Shown in pieces: positions 60,731-64,000 of a stretch of 64,000 bases of DNA; within the stretch, counting starts at the first letter, position 1, and each line of letters starts with the position of its first letter. Source of the stretch: an uncultured virus (IMG/VR IMGVR_UViG_3300038805_000284) (Duplodnaviria; Heunggongvirae; Uroviricota; Caudoviricetes); the IMG/VR virus record IMGVR_UViG_3300038805_000284. One strand, given 5' to 3'. The position numbers were made by a program, and so were the translations under genes. The notes under the pieces were generated by a model. The model saw only the letters and a program-made list of their open reading frames with translations, ran no database searches and had not been told where the DNA came from.

Positions 60731-62288
60731 AAACAATCTTGCTGAAACTATTTTCAATGGAATTGAAATATATATTTCAGCGAATTGTTTAATGAATTCA
60801 AGGGGTTACAATATGGAAGGAATTGTAAATATATATTTTTAAGTAATTTAAATATAATTGTAATTTGTATTTAAAAACCTAATGAATTCAATGGGTTACG
60901 GGATAAAATACCTTGTAATCCGTTTGCCTACATAGTCCAAAATTCCGCAATCGAAGGCGATACTTGTCCAATTATGGCGGAATATATTTCAATGAGATTT
61001 AAATATGAACATAATCTGTTTCAATTGTGCTGAAATATATTTCAATTAGATTGAAAAAGGTTTCAGCAAATATGAAAAAGTATCCTACATGGCAATACCA
61101 TGTAAGGAAAATCGGGCTCGGAACCTGGGATTTATTACAATTTTACTGTATTAGTTGTCAAGCAATCCAAAAAAAGCATGTTTCAAGCCTTTTGTCAAGC
61201 GAATTCGACAAAATGACTGAAAAAAAAAAGTCTAATGATTTCAATAGTTTACAAATTTAAAATGCTCTTCTGCTATATAGGCGGAGACCGTTTCAATACC
61301 ATTGAAATTAATTCCGCCAAAATTGCAGTTTACTCATAAAATAAAATGGGTTAAATTCTCGAAGTTATATGCTATTTATACGTATTTTATATGTTTTCAG
61401 CATCTATTTCAATGAGCTTGAAACTAGATATTTTCAAAATATATTGAAATTCGCTGAAAATATAATAAATTCAATTACTTACAAACCTAATTTGAATTAT
61501 ATTTTATCCGGAATCCCGGGGGTTAGACAAATTATGCTGCCAACAGAATGGCAGAATTCTTTACAATTACCAATTTCATTTACATTAAACATCAAAAAAC
61601 CTAATGATTACAGATATTTAACATATTTTTTGTAATGTAATACTTAAGATATTACTAAATTGGTGTCAATTTTGACACCAATTTTAAATCATGTTCAGTA
61701 TAGTTGAACAGAACTTAAGCACCGTTTCAGCACAACTGTACGTACAATTGTACGAATATGCTGCAGGAATGAACAAAACAGTGCCATTAAAATCAAAAAA
61801 GCCCAATGATTACATATATTTATCTTATTTTATGTAACGTAAAACATTAAACAAACATGCCCACTAACATATTGGCAGAGCTTGTTTAAGTGTGGCTGAA
61901 ATTATGACTTAAAACGTATTGAAAACCTGTTCAATCTAGTTGAAATTGTCTGCAACAAGCTTGAACAGGATTGGTTACAGCTTTATCGAACAAAAAAAGC
62001 TAATAAAATCAACTAGTTAGCGCACCTACATTTGTCTACATGGTTTCGAAGTCCCCAGTATTACAGTACAACTAAAAAAGTTCCTCGAAGATATTTTTTA
62101 CATTTATACTAAAATTATTTTTCGATGCAGTTGAAACAGGAGTTTAATGAGATTGAAATTGGCCGTTAATGGGTTTCAGTATGGTTGAAATCTCGTACAG
62201 TATGATTGAAATCTTGTACAGTCTTGCTGGTATTCCAGCAGGATTGTACGGGGTTATTTTGATGCTGTAAATTGAAGTATAATTGGAA

Positions 62289-62304
62289 TGTTTCACGTGA
62301 AACA
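62289..62304. promoter_or_regulatory. parS: parS centromere-like site
   Basis: TGTTTCACGTGAAACA, a perfect match to the bacterial chromosomal parS palindrome. Confidence 0.8.
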
Positions 62305-62498
62305 ATACTGTAATTACAGTGTGGTTTAAGTGGTGTTACAGTGTGGCTGAAAGCCTGTTACAGTGTTGTCGAAATAAATTACAGTGACGCTGAAAGCCTG
62401 TTACCGTAAGGCTGTAAAAGAATTACAGCAGGATTGTAAAGGGCTTTTTAGGGAGTATGGCACTGATAAAAATCCCCTGTTAAATCCTTATAGAATCC

Positions 62499-62672
62499 CT
62501 TGCCAATTCTCTTGCCAATTCTCTTGGCAATTCTCTTGGCAAAATCTTTAACAAAACCTTTAACGAATATGCCTCAAAACCTTGCCAATTCTTTGGGCAA
62601 AACCTTGACAAAAAACCTGTAACAAACATGCTTCAAAACCTTGCCAATCTCATTGCCAATTCTCTTGGCAAT
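62499..62672. repeat. 12-bp tandem repeats (CTTG[C/G]CAATTCT), iteron-like
   Basis: Four adjacent copies at 62499-62546, with further copies near 62580 and 62640-62672. Confidence 0.8.
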
Positions 62673-63560
62673 TACCCTCCTCAATCCTTCCTCAATTACC
62701 TTATACAAGGCTCTACAGTGCCTTCTTATTGCCTCCATACAATCATCTTAGTATATTGTCTGTTATAGTATCTTTTATCCTGTTATAGGGTGTTTTGGTT
62801 CCTTCATTGTTACCCTAATGTCATTCCTGTATATTTATAGAATTCCTTACAATAATGGGTTTTAGTAAGTTGTTTTTTTGTGACATTTTTCATTTGGTTT
62901 CATTGGGGGTTTTCATCGTGTTTCATCAGCTAGGATTGTACTGTTTTGATTATCAAATTATAAGATAATTTTATTGTAAATTTTGATGTAAATGTAATGG
63001 GATTTTTTGGCGAATTTCAGTACAGATTAAATGGGTGTAATTGGGTGTTTTAATGGGTGTGAAATGGGTGTCTTGTTGGGGGTTGATCTGGGATTATAGT
63101 AAGATTGTACTTTGAATCGTTAGAGTAATATTATGGGTTGTGTATGTATATTGTAATTTTATGTAGATATGTTTACGGGCTTTGGGGTATTTTGTTAAAA
63201 TGCGTTTAAATGCCTTTAGTAAGCTTTTTGAGAGGCTTTGAGGGTGTTTTGATGGTGTAGTATGGGTTTTTACTTTAAGGCGATTTGAAGGGCATTTTGA
63301 AGCGTTTTGTGATTATGTTAGGATTGTTTAGATATTGCTTGACTTGTTTGGATAGTTGTGCTACATGCGCGCATATATATTATATTCCTTACTATTAGGG
63401 GGTTTGGGGGTGTGATGAGGAAAGTTCATCGATTTTGTTTAATGAGCATTATTTTGGGGCTATACTTATTTTTAGAATATAGTATGATTATAGGTGAATG
63501 GGGGGTTGGTTCTTTGAAAATGTAGCCTTATTTTCAATTGCTTTTTTTAGTAAGAATTAC

Positions 63561-63590
63561 TTGACAAATAATTGAAAATAAGGCTATAAT
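63561..63590 (+). promoter_or_regulatory. Consensus sigma70 (early) promoter
   Basis: TTGACA-18-TATAAT. Confidence 0.8.
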
Positions 63591-63637
63591 AAGACATACG
63601 GTGCAAATGAGGCGCCGAGAAAAACAAAATCCGACTA

Positions 63638-63973
63638 ATGGCAATGACGCCAAAAACAAAGGAGAAAACCATGATGATTTTCAAAATAGAATGGATCGCA
63701 CACCACATTGAAACGGCATCTCGGTATTACCGAGATGCCGCGGCGGCGGCGTTCGCAAACCTCCCCAGCGAGATGGATCCGGGTTGGGATACCATCGAGG
63801 ATGCCGTCGTGGCTGCCGTCTGGGATGCATTTCGCATTGATTCGTCGAAACTTTTTTTCGACTATGACGCCAAAGGAGATTTTGTCGTCTTCGATTGGAC
63901 CACCGACGCGTGGCCCCATGAGCAGAGCGTCATCAAGATTTGGTACAAAGCCGAGCTGATCGACAACGACTAA
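63638..63973 (+). CDS. Hypothetical early protein, GC-rich
   Basis: Lies downstream of the consensus promoter. RBS AAGGAG favours a start at 63671. Confidence 0.6.
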   Translation: MAMTPKTKEKTMMIFKIEWIAHHIETASRYYRDAAAAAFANLPSEMDPGWDTIEDAVVAAVWDAFRIDSSKLFFDYDAKGDFVVFDWTTDAWPHEQSVIKIWYKAELIDND

Positions 63974-64000
63974 CCCCGCCCAGGGGCGCGGTAGGCCGCC

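Noticed and set aside
60415..60900. CRISPR array, or the 116-aa ORF 60395..60745
   Set aside because: The intervening sequences are identical rather than unique spacers and the period is 129 bp. No cas genes are present. The ORF is simply the repeat read in frame, with no RBS.

Overview
A 64-kb segment of a large, AT-rich, contractile-tailed (myovirus-type) dsDNA phage, probably infecting a Gram-negative host. Positions ~1-34.6 kb are a minus-strand virion morphogenesis block. In transcription order it contains putative TerS, TerL, KTSC, a GC-rich mosaic virion-protein insert, portal, prohead protease, scaffold, decoration protein, major capsid, an RRXRR/PLMP-domain protein, holin and spanin-like genes, neck and terminator proteins, sheath, tube, a frameshifted tail chaperone, two paralogous tape-measure-like genes and baseplate genes. 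Positions ~35-59.5 kb are an accessory region with a tandem ArdA anti-restriction array, two DNA adenine MTases, eight small Zn-ribbon proteins, a deaminase, a metallophosphoesterase, an ATP-grasp protein, an SLT, a MazG-like protein, three tRNAs (Ile2/Met-CAT, Tyr, Arg) and a long tmRNA. Positions ~59.5-63.6 kb are ~4 kb of essentially non-coding DNA with co-oriented IHF-like sites, 129-bp and 12-bp repeats and a perfect chromosomal-type parS, followed by a consensus sigma70 promoter and a switch to + strand genes. The most interesting candidates, all untested, are: (i) a shared [K/R]-x-A motif that links head proteins to acidic ArdA-like or tandem-domain proteins and suggests capsid-packaged, protease-matured anti-restriction cargo; (ii) simple-sequence contingency loci in the anti-restriction genes; (iii) the parS/IHF-array locus. 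All family calls come from visual motif recognition, not database searches.
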